Assembly (NCBI GenBank): GCA_951406725.2
Contig: OX597816.1
Coordinates: 177,630,001 to 177,694,000, forward strand
From: Octopus vulgaris
Taxonomy: Eukaryota
Reading direction: 5' to 3'
DNA: 64,000 nucleotides
Shown in pieces: positions 41,266 through 55,554 of this stretch. Under the pieces are notes generated by a model. That model had not been told where the DNA came from, did no database searches, and was given only the letters and a program-made list of their open reading frames with translations. The position numbers and the translations under genes were made by a program. Position 1 is the stretch's first letter. Each line of letters starts with the position of its first letter.

Positions 41266-41820
41266 TTGAGTGAGAGAGCAGCGCATGCCCTCAAAGTGAC
41301 ACTGGAGTAAAATATACGAAGCCTAGTATACCCATCATTACTACCCGTCTCATAAAGGTACACTAGGCACATGCATCACAACCATATGTGTGCGACATGG
41401 TGATCTCATATCAAGATAAACAGCGCATGACCTTCCAGGTGGGGCCCAGTTAGAATTTTCTTCAGGTCGAGTAGCCCATCCCGCTCAAATGGTCCTTGAA
41501 TAAGAGTTCTTTAAGGATGTTGAACAAAACATTCATTGTTTCCAGAGGTGGATTATTCAAACCCCAAAGAATCCCTCTCAACACACGGCTATGATGCTCC
41601 CCCCACTACTTCTGCTCGTGATTAGAGATGCGCATGTCGTCAGTCACCGAAGGTCATTCTCAACTGGTTTAAGATGAAACAACTGACAAGCAGATCTGTG
41701 GTAATGAGTAGTATATTTGCTATGGCCCATCTTTTATACCAAGACAAAACATGTATATAACACTTCCAGTCAGTTAAGATCAGAAGTCATGAGAGCCAAT
41801 GACTGGTACCGCATAAGGAC
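41266..41820. mobile_element. Unclassified interspersed repeat; part of it (41472-41607) is present inverted at 39893-40026
   Basis: ggggagcatcatagcc.tgtgttgagagggattctttggggtttgaataat vs its reverse complement. Confidence 0.7.
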
Positions 41821-41871
<51 letters not shown>

Positions 41872-41875
<4 letters not shown>

Positions 41876-42025
41876 TAGTTTTATTCTTATAATATGCTTT
41901 CACTTCATTACCGAGCGCAGCTCTGTGTGCCTTAGGTATGTGCTGTGGTTTGCTGTGATGCTCTTCTGATTACTGTATTGAAAGTGTTTTGCGTAGGATG
42001 TGTGCAGTGCCCAGTAGTGCAATTT
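41872..42025 (-). mobile_element. R4/Dong-like LINE 3' end in a (TAA)n tract
   Basis: IALLGTAHILRKTLSIQ* on the minus strand, 3' UTR then (TAA)n. Confidence 0.72.
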
Positions 42026-44055
42026 TCTTCTTCTTATTATTATTATTATAGCATAGGTATGAGGCCTGAAATGTGCAGGACGGATTTAGCTGATTCCACC
42101 ATCACAAGTACTTTACTGATATTTTATCTTATCGACTCCAAAAGGATACAGCTAGGTTAATTTCATCATGATTTGTTCTAGAACTAAAGTGCCAAAAGAA
42201 ATAACGAAATACAGTTTGCCCAACGTCCCTAATAACTCGGTTAATCTCCACCTCCCTTATGATTAACACGACTGGTACGTTTTTTTATTGAACCCGGAAG
42301 AATGACGAAGCTAATTTCGGCGTGATTTTAATTCAGAAAGTAAAGGGCATAAAAATAATACTGCAAGGAATTCCCGTCTGATGCTCTCACGATTCTGCCA
42401 AAGAAAGTAAGCGGAAACCTTTAACACGCGATAACATTACTTGACTGCGATGATAAATATCCAGTTACACCATTTAATAATAACCAATCAAATTGAATAA
42501 AAAACAAACAAAAAAAACAAATGACGGAAATGTTGAAGGATAATGTGTAACATTAATCTTTACCGCGTATAATTAATGTTCGTATTAGCTGGTGTTCAAG
42601 AACCACGTGTAAACAAACTAATGAAACACGCAGAACACAGTGGGTAGTTTAACATAAGGCACCACCGTTTAATCGTCACGAATCTAATGGAGAATAATGG
42701 CAAAAATGTTGCAGTATAACGGTAAGTAATAACTGTGAAATTAATTGATCTTTACCTCAAAATAATTAAATGTTTAACAAAAGTTCGTATTGGCCGGCAT
42801 ACGCATACAATTAACTAAACACGCGTCAAATCAATACCAGACTATTGACAACTGCCAATAGAAATGAAAGCCGTATTATTCAGCTCAAGGTTATGAGCTA
42901 TGAAAATGGGCTATAAAGACATTTACTTCAAAAGAAACAGTTTGACTAATACTCGGAGAAAATATCGACAGTCAAAGAACGACGGACAGGATATCACTTC
43001 TCAAGAGTTGCGAATAAAGAAGAAAATGCATTTAAACCCTCAGTAGATAAAAACTATCGTCGAGCCAATTAGGAAGTCTAATAAACGTCACTTAAATAGC
43101 TAGAAAGCGCAGCAATATTTCTTTTAAATCTCATTCTGCGGCTCTAGAAATGTACATACTAGATAATGAGATTTTGGCTCCTCTCCATACAAGGAAATGC
43201 CAAATAGGTACGGCTAGAATATCTTTAATCATTAGTATGCTTGATCAGGGCTGACTTGGGGTTAAACAACAGTAATGCACATATTTTACTGCTGCAATTT
43301 TATTTCCAAAATGACAAGAATATCCTCGAAATATAAAAATTAAACAATGGTATATCGATTTTTAATCAACTTTCATATTGTCTTAGTGTCCTTTAAAAAT
43401 GTCTTAGTGTCCTTTCAATTTCCGTCAACCAACTTCACTCACAAGGCTTTGTTATCAAATCCTACCACAATCAACACTGCCTGTCATTCTTAATAAATCG
43501 TTAACAATAAGTGTTAAATTCTTAGGTTGAGTTAATCTATAAAGGTTGTTCAGAACAGGCGCTAGGAAGTGCGAGGCTCAATTAGAGAATCGTCAGTAGG
43601 ACCCTCTACTCTGCAAAACCCAAAGATTGATGTTTTATGCTTCAGGAAGTATGTCAGTCCCAGCCAAAAAGCGTTGAGGGCTTGAGGCGCAGCATCCAAT
43701 TTTAACAAATCTGTGTAATTGGCTTAAAAGCAGCCCTGCGTGTGTTAGGAATCATCATTATTGCAATTACTGCTAAAGAAGTTCGACCACTCAAATGTTT
43801 ATTGCGTTAGATCCTATACGTGAAAAATATACGCCGGCATACATATAAAATATATACACACACTCACACACAACGTTCTGACATGCACACACGCGCTTGC
43901 ACACCCCCAGTTCAGCCACATCACTATTATCTCCCCTTCACTCGGCCTCTTTCTTCCGGTCATTTCATCATATTAAACTATTAATCCCGACACAATTTTT
44001 TCTCTTTCCGTTTTCTCTCTCTCTCTCTCTCTCTTCATTTTTCTCCCTCTCGTCC

Positions 44056-44091
44056 CTTTCTGTCGAAGAGCGTAAGCTCGAAACGTCAAAG
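44056..44091 (+). ncRNA. Minimal hammerhead motif, one core mismatch
   Basis: CTTT CTGTCGA A GAGC-GTAA-GCTC GAAAC GTC AAAG. Stems I and II perfect, ACGT palindrome replaces stem III, A6 mutated. Confidence 0.68.
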
Positions 44092-44528
44092 ACTTTTCCA
44101 TTTTTCTCGAACGTTTAACTAACACCGCTGTTTGTTGTTCCTTCGCCTGTCCTTGTCTTTTGTTTTCTGTACTTTTGAACCATATAAAATATTAACTCAA
44201 AATATACTCAATTTCAAAATATTTGTTCTTATCCTTTCAAAATTAGTGTTTAAAATATTGTTTATAAGGAAAATACAGATAACATAAAAATAATTTGAAA
44301 ATATATTTTATCAAAAAAAAAAACAATAATAATCTAAAAAATAACACCCAACTTTAAGTTTTGATGTATTCTTAGGTTTTTCTTGTAAGATATATTTCTA
44401 TGAATATTTTTCATATGAGATGTCGAATATGTCTTCGATCAATAATTCCTATTCCATATACGTACACACACATACACACACACGCACACGTACATATATG
44501 TATGCATATGTGTATAGATATTATATAT

Positions 44529-45165
44529 GACACAAAAGTCTCCCACACAATACAAAACCCTGGAAATATTGCACATCTGCAACAGGAGTTGGATACAATA
44601 TACAGGTGGGCTGAGGACAACAACATGCAGTTTAATGCAGGGAAGTTCCAGGCCCTGCGCTACCGGCACACAAAGGTAAACGACATGCAGACTGGATACA
44701 CTGGCCCGAGAAGAATTGTAATTCCTGAGTCAAAATCAGTTACCTGGGTATTGACATGAGCAATGATGCATCTTTCCAAGTGCATATTACTAATTTGGTA
44801 ATAAAATGCAGACGGCTAGCTGGATGGATTCTCCGAACTTTCTGAACAAGAGAGAAGGAGATACTGATGGTCATGTGGAAAACTTTCGTCCTCAGCCGCT
44901 TGGACTACTGCTCCCAACTGTGGTCACCACACAATATAAAGTTAACAGCAAAACTCGAAGCAATTCAAAGAAGCTACACTAAGAAGATCGTCTTAATGCA
45001 ACATATCAGCTACTGGGAAAGACTGCACGTATTAAAAATCTTCTCCCTAGAGCGAAGGCGGGAGAGATATGCGGTGATATACATCTGGAAAATCCTGGAG
45101 GGTCTTGTCCCAAACTTTGGCATTCAAAGTTACCCCAACTGCAAGTCGGGGCGCCACTGCATGGC
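44529..45165 (+). mobile_element. CR1-like LINE RT C-terminal fragment
   Basis: DTKV..LQQELDTIYRWAEDNNMQFNAGKF; SRLDYCSQLWSP..LEAIQR..YWERL..FSLERRRER. Confidence 0.88.
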
Positions 45166-45263
45166 TGCAGCCTTCGGGCTAGAACATTTTAAAGAATTTA
45201 AGGATTTAAGGATATATATATATATATTATATATAAATATTATGTTTATATTATATGTATTTG

Positions 45264-45317
<54 letters not shown>

Positions 45318-46042
45318 TTTATACACGCACATATATTTATATATATTATCCTTAAATCCTTAAAAATGTTTTAGCTGCGGTCATGCTGGGGCACCACCGC
45401 TGTTTCTCTTTTAAAGGTTGGAGTTCAATTATAGCGAACAGGCTGTCAGCCGACGACTATTCTAGGGGCACGATCCCACTACTGCTCGACACGGGGTCTT
45501 TAAAAAATATGTTCAATATATATGTAATGTATATAGGTAAGTAGGTAGGTAAACAAGAAAAAAAAATAATGATCATGAGCTCAATTCATAACAGGTCGTT
45601 AATCTTCAACACATTGCAATAGATACATGTCTGGCAGACTTGCATGTATATAATAATTTTGTAGAGTGTTATATTTAGATTAAAAGTAGAAAACTGTGAA
45701 TTTCAAACATAGGACATACTTTGATTGTGTTCATTAAGATCAGCATTTATACTTTCATAGTTACGTAATTGAGATACCTAATTAATAAATTTTAATTTTA
45801 ATTATTTAATAGCTATGTTTCCCTAAATCACCAGGAGTATTTTGTCATATATTAATCAGAAAATAGTAATGTTTCTTGTTTTTTGACTGATATATCACAC
45901 CATTCCCTAAGGAATTGGATTTAAAATTAATTTGTGTAAAATCAGCTTTCCTTTATTTTATTTCATGAAAACTCGCAGCATTCGCTGTATGATATCTATA
46001 CTTTTCCATATCTATTCTAAATATGATGTCCTTTTCTCACAT

Positions 46043-46118
<76 letters not shown>

Positions 46119-46306
46119 GCTGTCTGTCTGTCTATTTATCTATGTATCTAGCTAGCTACCTGAATGTCTCTCTGTCTATCTATCTCTATCTACCTACCTA
46201 CCAACCCTTCTGACTACCTACCTACTTTTCTACATACTTACCCAAATACCTACCTACCTATCTACCAACCTTTCTCTCTTTCTTTCTCTCTCTGTCTCTC
46301 TGTATG

Positions 46307-46389
<83 letters not shown>

Positions 46390-46459
46390 CGAAATATCCA
46401 ATAGAAGTTGCTTTTTGTGTATGTAACATACTTAACTTATGTGTATCGTCGAAAAATCA

Positions 46460-46496
<37 letters not shown>

Positions 46497-46870
46497 ACGC
46501 ACTCTTGTCTGTCTTCTGTCAGAGCTTGTTCCTCCACGATCACCAACTTGCCTCGTTCAGGTTTAACAACCCTTCCTGTTTGGTTTCACTGTTGTGTTTT
46601 TGTTATCAACTCTGGCCCTCCGCAAAATCCCTTTTTTAAATTTAATTTGCTTTGCAGGAGCAACTGTTTTGTTGAAAATGTATCGTGTCGTGAATTGCTT
46701 GAAATACGAAGTAGAAAAATAGCCAACAACTGATGAAGGGTCGTTTCTTTATGTTGGTTGTCTTGTTTTCCCATCTGTTTCTCTCGTTGTTCGCAAGAAG
46801 TTCGTATTCCATGTTTTCGTATTTCATGTTATTTATACTCTGTGGCATCCTTTGCCCATATATGCATATA

Positions 46871-46935
<65 letters not shown>

Positions 46936-46986
46936 ATATATATATAAGAGACCGATAGAATAAGTACTGGGCTTACAAAGAATAAG

Positions 46987-47472
46987 TCCCGGGGTCGATT
47001 TGCTCGACTAAAGGCGGTGCTCTAGCATGGCCGCAGTCAAATGACTGAAACAAGTAAAAGAGTATATATATCTACATATAAGTGGGATGACCTCTAAGTG
47101 GACAGCCATTATGCTAGAAGTCGACCCTCTATGGTATTACCACTAAGAAAGGAGTTTTCTCAAGAAAATTTAGCAAACGTCAGTTGTGGACATCTACGTA
47201 AGTGATTACGTAAGTGGTAACAACGAAACTAGTTTGTGATTAATCTGTATATTTTGTATCTTTTCATTTGTCTTGCTCGCTTACGTTTTAGTGTTTGCTA
47301 AATTTTCCTGTGAACATTCCTTTCTTAGTTGTAAGACCATAAGTGGTCGACTTCTAGCGTAATGGATGTCCACTTAGTGGTCATCCCTCTTATATGTATA
47401 TAATATGATTTTTCTGAATCTTCAGATTTTTCTATATGCTAGACCAATTAATATTCAATTTTTTACACTTAT

Positions 47473-47517
<45 letters not shown>

Positions 47518-47601
47518 TATATACATATATATATACATATGTATACATCATATATATATATATATATATATATATGATGTATACATATGTATATATATAT
47601 G

Positions 47602-47664
<63 letters not shown>

Positions 47665-48151
47665 ATATAATGTAAAAAATTGAATATTAATTGGTCTAGC
47701 ATATAGAAAAATCTGAAGATTCAGAAAAATCATATTATATACATATAAGAGGGATGACCACTAAGTGGACATCCATTATGCTAGAAGTCGACCCACTATG
47801 GTCTTACCACTAAGAAAGGAATGTTCTCAAGAAAATTTAGCAAACGCCAAAACGTAAGCGAGCAAGGCAAATGAAAAGATACAAAATATACAGATTAATC
47901 ACAAACTAGTTTCGTTGTTACCACTTACGTAATCACTTACGTAGATGTCCGCAACTGACGTTTGCTAAATTTTCTTGAGAAAACTCCTTTCTTAGTGGTA
48001 ATACCATAGAGGGTCGACTTCTAGCATAATGGCTGTCCACTTAGAGGTCATCCCACTTATATGTAGATATATATACTCTTTTACTTGTTTCAGTCATTTG
48101 ACTGCGGCCATGCTGGAGCACCGCCTTTAGTCGAGCAAATCGACCCCGGGA
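46987..48151. repeat. ~1.16-kb palindrome centred in a (TA)-rich tract; each arm holds a SINE A tail and an element with its own ~100-bp inverted repeats
   Basis: 46987-47467 is the reverse complement of ~47670-48151 with few mismatches; internal IR 47078-47180 / 47293-47395. Confidence 0.93.
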
Positions 48152-49217
48152 ATCTTCCACCCACTCGGGCTCAAAGCCGGGCGGCAGGCCACAGACCCAT
48201 AAACGTAACAATTTTGCCCCCTTGTAGCTGGGGAGAAACAGAATCTCATCGCCCTCAATGGGCTGGCTTGCAAATTTGCAAGCTGCTTCAGCGGAGTCAA
48301 ATAGCAACCATACCGTTGCGTATTTGACTCCCCGTTGAATATGTTTAACGGCTGGCATATAGTCTGCCAGCTCGTTCACAATGGTGTCTCTCGGAAAAAC
48401 CATTATGGTGTCGAGTGACTTTGAATAAGTCCTCAACACCACGGTCTTTTCCTTGAGTTCGTGCAAATATTTTTTGGGAGGTGTTAAATTCCCACACAGT
48501 GAAATTCTTTGCCTTTGCCATAACGTAAAATACAACAGTTCAAAATGATAAACTAAAATTAGCCACAGAAAGGAGAATGAAAAAATGCAACAGAAGGGAA
48601 GAAATAAAATTAAAAATGGCAGTTCAAAAAAGTTTTTACAAATAAATAATAGACAGAGAAAGAGAGTTCAATTCAGACAAAGGAATTCAGTTCTTTTTTT
48701 TAATTTTTTTTCCCACTTCTTCGGCCAAATGGACAACACAACGACAATTTCAACAATAATTTTTTCAGACGGACTATGCCGCTTCAAAAGTACAATTTCT
48801 TTTTACTCGACACAGGCAGAAAAATTATATCCGGAGCAAAGTGGAGCCCCATTACTTGCTAAAAAAAATATTAAATGCTAAAAAAACATTCATGCAAGCA
48901 ATAAAACTTCACTAAACTCACAAAAATACAAAACGCCTACCCGTAGTCGAGACGAAAGTTCAATATTTCACGTTGAAACAACGCGACATCAATACAATTT
49001 TCTTTTCACTCGACACAGGCAGAAAAATTATATCTGGAGCAGAGTGGAGCCTTATTATTTGCTAAAAAATATTAAATGCTAAAAAAAACATTCATGCAAG
49101 TAATAAAACTTCACTTCGCTCGCAAAAATACAAAATTCCTACCTTTAGTCGAGTCAAATGTTCACTAGTTCACGTTAACACGTGACATTTGCCGGAGCAA
49201 AAACAACACGTCTGTCT
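48152..49217 (-). mobile_element. 5' part of a LINE (L1/Tx1-like): 5' UTR with two ~200-bp tandem units and truncated RRM-like ORF1
   Basis: ORF 48535 to 48152: VWLLFDSAEAACKFA..LPSYKGAKLLRLWVCGLPP. Tandem units 48790-48980 / 48993-49180. AGACGTGT at the 5' end resembles LINE internal promoters. Confidence 0.6.
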
Positions 49218-49740
49218 GGTAAGAAGCTACTCACCACACAGCCACTCCTGCGCCTATATTTTTATGATTAAATATTATTAAGAATTGTATTAAAAAAATG
49301 TTTAAATACGTTGGATATTGTAGAAATATAACCAATTTGTAGATGCGACGTTCAGAAGGTTAGATGTGAGTCCGACAACGAAACACGACGACCTACTTTA
49401 TTTCCTCGTTCATAGAAATATACGGAAGTTGTACGGTTGAGATTTTCAGTATGCCGCACGGTTACGTCTTCTGTTACTGATTTTCATGGTGAAACATTCC
49501 ATCGGTGTGAAAATAGGTGATGTCACTTTGAAAAACGAAGGCGAACAAAATGCGTGAGGTAGGTGTTTGGGTGTAGGTATGCGCGTGTGTATATGCATGC
49601 ACGCGCGTGCGTGTGTGTATATATGTGTGTACATAGTATGTTTGAGTTTGTGTTTTTGTATACATGTACAAAAATGATAGATAAATATATATGTATACAT
49701 ACATACATATATATATATATAAAGATACATACATACATAT

Positions 49741-49813
<73 letters not shown>

Positions 49814-49831
49814 ATGTACACACACTAACGT

Positions 49832-49884
<53 letters not shown>

Positions 49885-50744
49885 TGTGTTGGAGTGTGGT
49901 ATTATGAATACACACACATACACACGCATATATATACAGTCCCACACACGTGCATACCTACAAACATGAATACGTAATAAGTATGTAAATTTATATATAA
50001 TTATATCTATATGTATATGTACCGATACATGTATACATGCATATATATATAAGCGTGTGTGTTTACATGAGAGCTAGGGCGAGTTTGCGTATACATACAT
50101 ACATACATACATACATACATACATACATACATACATACATACATACATACACACGAAGTTCCAGTCTGTTACTCCCTAAGACGCCATTAGATCTACCGCC
50201 TGCAACACGAGACGTTTTGTAAACATATATTATGAGCACTGACTTTGCCCCAATAATTACAATCACGCTTTTGATTGTTTATTTTTGTTTATTTATTAGT
50301 TTATTCATATATTTTACTACTCCTACTTGTGAAGGGATAAACCCTGAGCTTTTAGACCCCGGTGATGAGTACTTATTTTCAAAGACAATTTTCCTATCTA
50401 ACAACAACAGAATCTCCGAGTCGTATAGTACTCCTTTATGTTTTCTTCATACAGGAACAAATGTTTCTTTGTCCAAATCTCGACATCCATGATTAGGAGC
50501 AATAAAAATCTTTCACACACCAGGAGAAATGTTTATTCAGAAGTGTTGATAGTTGCTTTTCCGATAGCTGACCGATGTATAAAGAAGGACAGAGAGCAGG
50601 AGATGCAGTAGATGACGTTGTAAAAAATAGTAAAAAAATAGAAATAAAATGACGTTGTAAAAAAAAGTAAAAAATAGAAATAAAAAACAGGCTGGTTAGC
50701 GCTTCAATCCCTTCTGAACACGGCTGACCTGACTTAGTCAGCCG

Positions 50745-51017
50745 CGCTCGGAAGGGTGGTGTAGAGGTAAGGGCAAGTGCTGCAGTGTAGGCACACTTGC
50801 CCTTACCTCTACATCATCCTCCTCACAGGCACCCATCATCGGCCCTATCATATCACTTACTCCTTCACATGCGCTTCTAGCAGCGTCATCTACTGCATCT
50901 CCTGCTCTCTGTCCTTCTCTATACATCGGTCAAGCGGGACGCCGCTTGGCTGACCGGTTCACGGATCACCTCCGGGACATCAGACTCGGTAACGACACCC
51001 CGGTCCCGCGCCATTTA
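50745..51017 (+). mobile_element. PLE GIY-YIG endonuclease fragment, with an inverted partial copy at 50568-50620
   Basis: Translates SFTCASSSVIYCISCSLCPSLYIGQAGRRLADRFTDHLRDIR. Confidence 0.85.
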
Positions 51018-51824
51018 TCGATCATTGTTTTTACTAGTTTTTCAAACTCCTATGTGAAACACTTTGGTCAAACAGTTAATTGTTCAAACGTTCAGTATCA
51101 TTTGTGTTGTCATTTCTCTTTTTGTCAAATAATTATTTCATCACATTGTTGCAATCTCTTCAGTGACACGTTGCTCTACTTCCATCTCTTTTGAACTTAT
51201 ATCACAGCGTTGGGATTCGTCCGAGATGAGTACGTGAGTGTGCGTATGTCTGCATGTGAGTGTGTTTGTACATAAGTGTGTGCATCCGTATGTGTGTGAG
51301 TTTGCTTTTTAAACATTGACTATGTCATTTTTCACATACATAAGAAAGCAGTTTTAGTTTTCTCCTCATTTTCTTCGCAAACGCACACGTTCATCCATAT
51401 AACGGTTCTGTCAAAGACAGTTGAACCGTCTTCTTTGTTTGATAAATGTTGAATATATTGATATCTATCTGTGCGTGAGCATGAGCATGCGTATGCATGC
51501 TCGTGCCCATGCGTGCATGGGAGGGCATGTGTATACGAGCGTGTGTCTCTGTGTTTGCGTATGTGTGTGTCTGTGTGTCTTTACGTGTGTGTGTGTGTGT
51601 GTTTGTGTGCGTGTGTGTGCATTCATATGTGTGTGAGTTCCTGCGTTTGTGTGTATGTGTGTACTTTTGTATGGAGGTTTCCGTGTGTGCGCGTATGCTT
51701 ATATGTGTGTGGGCGTGAGGGTATGTCTGTGTCATTGTTTGTCTTTGCAATGCGTGTGAGTGTCTGTTCTTGTGCGTGCGTCTGTGTGTATGTGTGTGCG
51801 TTCATGGGTCTTTGTAAGGCCTCT

Positions 51825-51860
51825 GCCTAATGAGAGTATTTACTATTCAAAACCGGTCGT
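51825..51860 (+). ncRNA. Inactivated hammerhead at the end of a PLE, inverted relative to the ORF
   Basis: GC CTAATGA GAGTA-TTTAC-TATTC AAAAC CG GTC GT. G5 and G12 both read A; ACCGGT palindrome. Confidence 0.6.
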
Positions 51861-51861
51861 G

Positions 51862-53170
51862 TTTCGTTTATTCAGACTTACTCTCTTACCTGTCGTAGCG
51901 ATGCGCCGTACGGGTTTCTAGACAGGATTTATATGCTAATCCGGTTCAGCACACCACCATGTTGTTCTTTGGTATGCTGGTAGAGTATCGAGATTTGTCT
52001 TTGATCCCTGTACTCCCTCCAATGTCCATTTATACGATCGGCCAAACTTCTCGCCGTTTCACCTGTGTATGCAGTCTTCCGGGTTGTTTACAATCACCAT
52101 CCATGCAGTTTATTCGGTAAACCACATTTCTGGCTTTGCAGTTGATACCAGTGTGCAAAGATGCACACTACACAGTTCTCCTCTACACACGTGGGTTTTC
52201 TGAAGGGCTATGTTTTGCATATTATTGACCTGATGGTCTCCTGGGTTTTTCCATGACTTTTATGTTCAATTTAGTATCCTTCAGGATTTTTCTAAATCTG
52301 CGGATTAGTTCCCCGTGTGGTGTAGCTTCTACAAACATCACCCCTTGGAAATTGTCTGCATTGTACCACGTGTTCTTTTTGTTTGTTTCGTCGTAAATTA
52401 TCCGTATTTTATTCCACTGTTTACTACGGTACTTAGGTTGTTCCATGGGCATCCTTATTCACAATCTCTTCAAATTTCTTGTTAGTCCTCTTTTACACTC
52501 GGATTCTATCTTTCTGGTTGTCTCCCGAAAATTGCATGCGATGCATGAAGTCTTGTGTGTGTTTCTGTTTACCCCAGGGTTTGCACATGGGTTTCTGTTT
52601 CTGTTTCTGTTTACCCCAGGGTTGCACACCGTTTACCACAGGGTTTGCATATTGTTGTTGAAATACATGAAACTGGTCATCTATCTGATATGTTTTCATT
52701 ATTCTGACGAAGTCGGGTATTAATATATTAATTTTCGCATTGTGTGATAGAGCCGAATTCTTATGGATCACATATTTCGAGGACATGGGTTTCATATAGT
52801 GTTAGTGGAGGATTTGAACTTTGTTATTAATGGTCACTAGCCAAGGCTCTGTGTCAAGTACCGGGAATCTCTTGTTTGGGTACCTTGTTGGGTAACCTAT
52901 AGTTACCTTGATGCTTTGGTGTACGGAATTAGCCATACGCTGAATGCTTTCCATCATGATCCTCTCCTTCTCATCAGGCTGACAGTTCGATGGTGTCTTG
53001 ACTATGATGTTGATGTCATCCACATATCTCCCGTACAGTCTGACTGCTATCAAGTATTCCTCAAGAGCTTGTTTCAGTTTTCTCTCCCACCAGATCATGA
53101 AGAGGCCCGCCACGTCCCCAGCCACACTGACATCGATGGGTGCCCCATGGACTTACATATATAGCTTCTC
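51862..53170 (-). mobile_element. PLE 3' half (RT motifs 4-7, thumb, GIY-YIG), decayed
   Basis: AGLFMIWWE..RYVDDI, PVLD, KPMSSKYVIHKNSA, VMFVEATPHGEL, NVVYRINC..YTGETARSLADR. Confidence 0.85.
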
Positions 53171-53219
53171 ATTGTTGCTTTTTACCGTTGGTGTTGTTGT
53201 TGTTGTTGTTGTTCTCAAC

Positions 53220-54050
53220 GCATACATGGGTAAGTGGTGTATCGTACTCCAGCCTAAGAAGCGCACAGCACAGAACTTCATTACATCAAACAATGACATT
53301 CATACACTCTATGGGTTAAGAAAAGACCATAAACCCATCGCAGACCCTATTGCTAACCCCCCACTAAACAGCAATTATAGGCTATCATACTTCCTCTCGC
53401 AAGTGTTAAAACCACTCATTGAGATGTCTCCTGGTGTTTGTGAAAGCACAGAGGACCTCCTCAGCAGGGTAAATGAATGTAACCGCTCCCACGACCTGTC
53501 ATATTGTATGGTAGGTAGTGTGGATGTGGTATCACTTTACCCATCTATCGACATTGACTTCGCTGTGGAAAGATGCCTGGAAATCATCTCCGAAAACGAA
53601 GTCGTCTTCCGTGAGGTGAACACGAGGGAACTGGGCCTCCCTCTAAAGCTCGTTTACGATAGAGAATACTTAGATCACCAGGACCTAAGTAGATTCTGCC
53701 CCACCAGATCGGAATGAGGTAGACCACTCACAATCATACCAGCAGCTAGGAAAAACACCGCGGGACGCTGGAGTGGATAGAACGCACCCGCCCGCGACCC
53801 ATGGGATAACGTCTAGATACGGAAAATGATTGCACATGTAGTGGGCGCAATTCTAAAGACTACCCCACAGAACCATATAATTAGATTAAATGAGAAGCTA
53901 TATATGCAAGTGCAGTGGGGAAGCCATCGGTGTCACTGTGGCTGGGGATGTGACGAGACTCTTCGTGATCTGGCAGGACAGAAAACTGAAACAAGCCCTT
54001 GAGAAACACTCGGTAGCAATCAGACTGTTCGGGAGATACTCGTACCACAT
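53220..54050 (+). mobile_element. PLE RT 5' half in the opposite orientation
   Basis: LYGLRKDHK, CESTEDLL, VGSVDVVSLYPSID, GEAIGVTVAGDV..RLFGRY. Confidence 0.82.
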
Positions 54051-54607
54051 CCATACTACCTACCATATGCAAACACGTCTCCAAAGCTATCCTCTTGAAG
54101 TTTATATGAATTACAACCAAGCGATTAGTCTACCCTCTCTGGCAGCGGAAATAATTTCAAATAGATGAGGAATATATTTTGTACGTTATTTAATATACTT
54201 TTTTTGTTGTTCAAATACATGCAACAGGTCATCTGTTTGAGTTATTTTCCGTTCCACGTACACACACACACACACACACACACAGATGCAAAATCATACA
54301 TGCACACACTGATACCCACACCCACACATATCTATGTAGATAGATAAATAGATAGATAGATCACATATATAGAAGTTATATGTATATATCACTCATATAT
54401 AATATATGCGCGCGCGTGTGTGCGTGTGATATAAGTACGTATACAAATTGAATAAAGTTGGTGTTAACTTGGGGCGTGACTAAAGATCAAGTTCTGTAGT
54501 GCAAAATTATGTAATATTTCTACACCAGTTATGTATGACATCAATTTGCTGAAATGCATGTATGTTAAATAAAGCATTGAATACCATACATGTTTTCTGT
54601 AAATTAT

Positions 54608-54641
<34 letters not shown>

Positions 54642-54667
54642 AACAACCACACAAACACATACGCGCG

Positions 54668-54731
<64 letters not shown>

Positions 54732-55554
54732 ATTATAAATATATATAAATATATATAATACGTTTTTATTTATCTGTAAGTGCATGTATTTAATTCGTAC
54801 AATATATAAGATTCTATCTCATATCAAATCTCCGTAGGTCATCTCATTTACTTATACTGAAATACTATCGTTTGTCAGTAATTTAAGTTCCATAAATGTC
54901 CTTGAGTACAATGACGTTTATGTGTTCTGTCGTTCCTTAGTTAGTTGCAGTAATTCTTGCTGTGGTTTTGTTTGTGCGCATCATTCAATGACGACTTTAC
55001 CACCCTATTCGTGCCGTTTTGTTATTGTTAATTCAGTTTGATTCGTGGACACTATTCAATTCTGTCTGCTCGAAATTAGAACATCAGAAGAAACTTCAGA
55101 CAATAGTTACATAATTATGGATCATCATGAATGAAATATGCAGTATAAAGGATTTTTATATAAGTTTTGGGTAGATATGTGCCCCACTCTGGTATCCAAA
55201 CTTGTACGGCAGCCTCTAAATCTAAATATATAAATATCATTTTTTTAAAAACCGAATCTTCTAATTGTGGGAATGTAATAGGACATGTACTAATCATTCC
55301 TTAAAAATAATTCACTTTTCCATTGATTAAATAAGATCTTTAAAATGATAAAATCAAATTACAAAGAATACATGTTTCATTCATGTCAACCTCGTGAACT
55401 CCGGCATCATTCACATGAAGCATAGATAGCTCGTATCAAACCTGAATCAAAAGGTAACTGAAACAATTCTATCAATGGCCTCATGGCAATATAGTCTCTT
55501 TCAACAGTGACAACAATCAGTACTAATATCAACGAAACATTATCTTTTATCATC

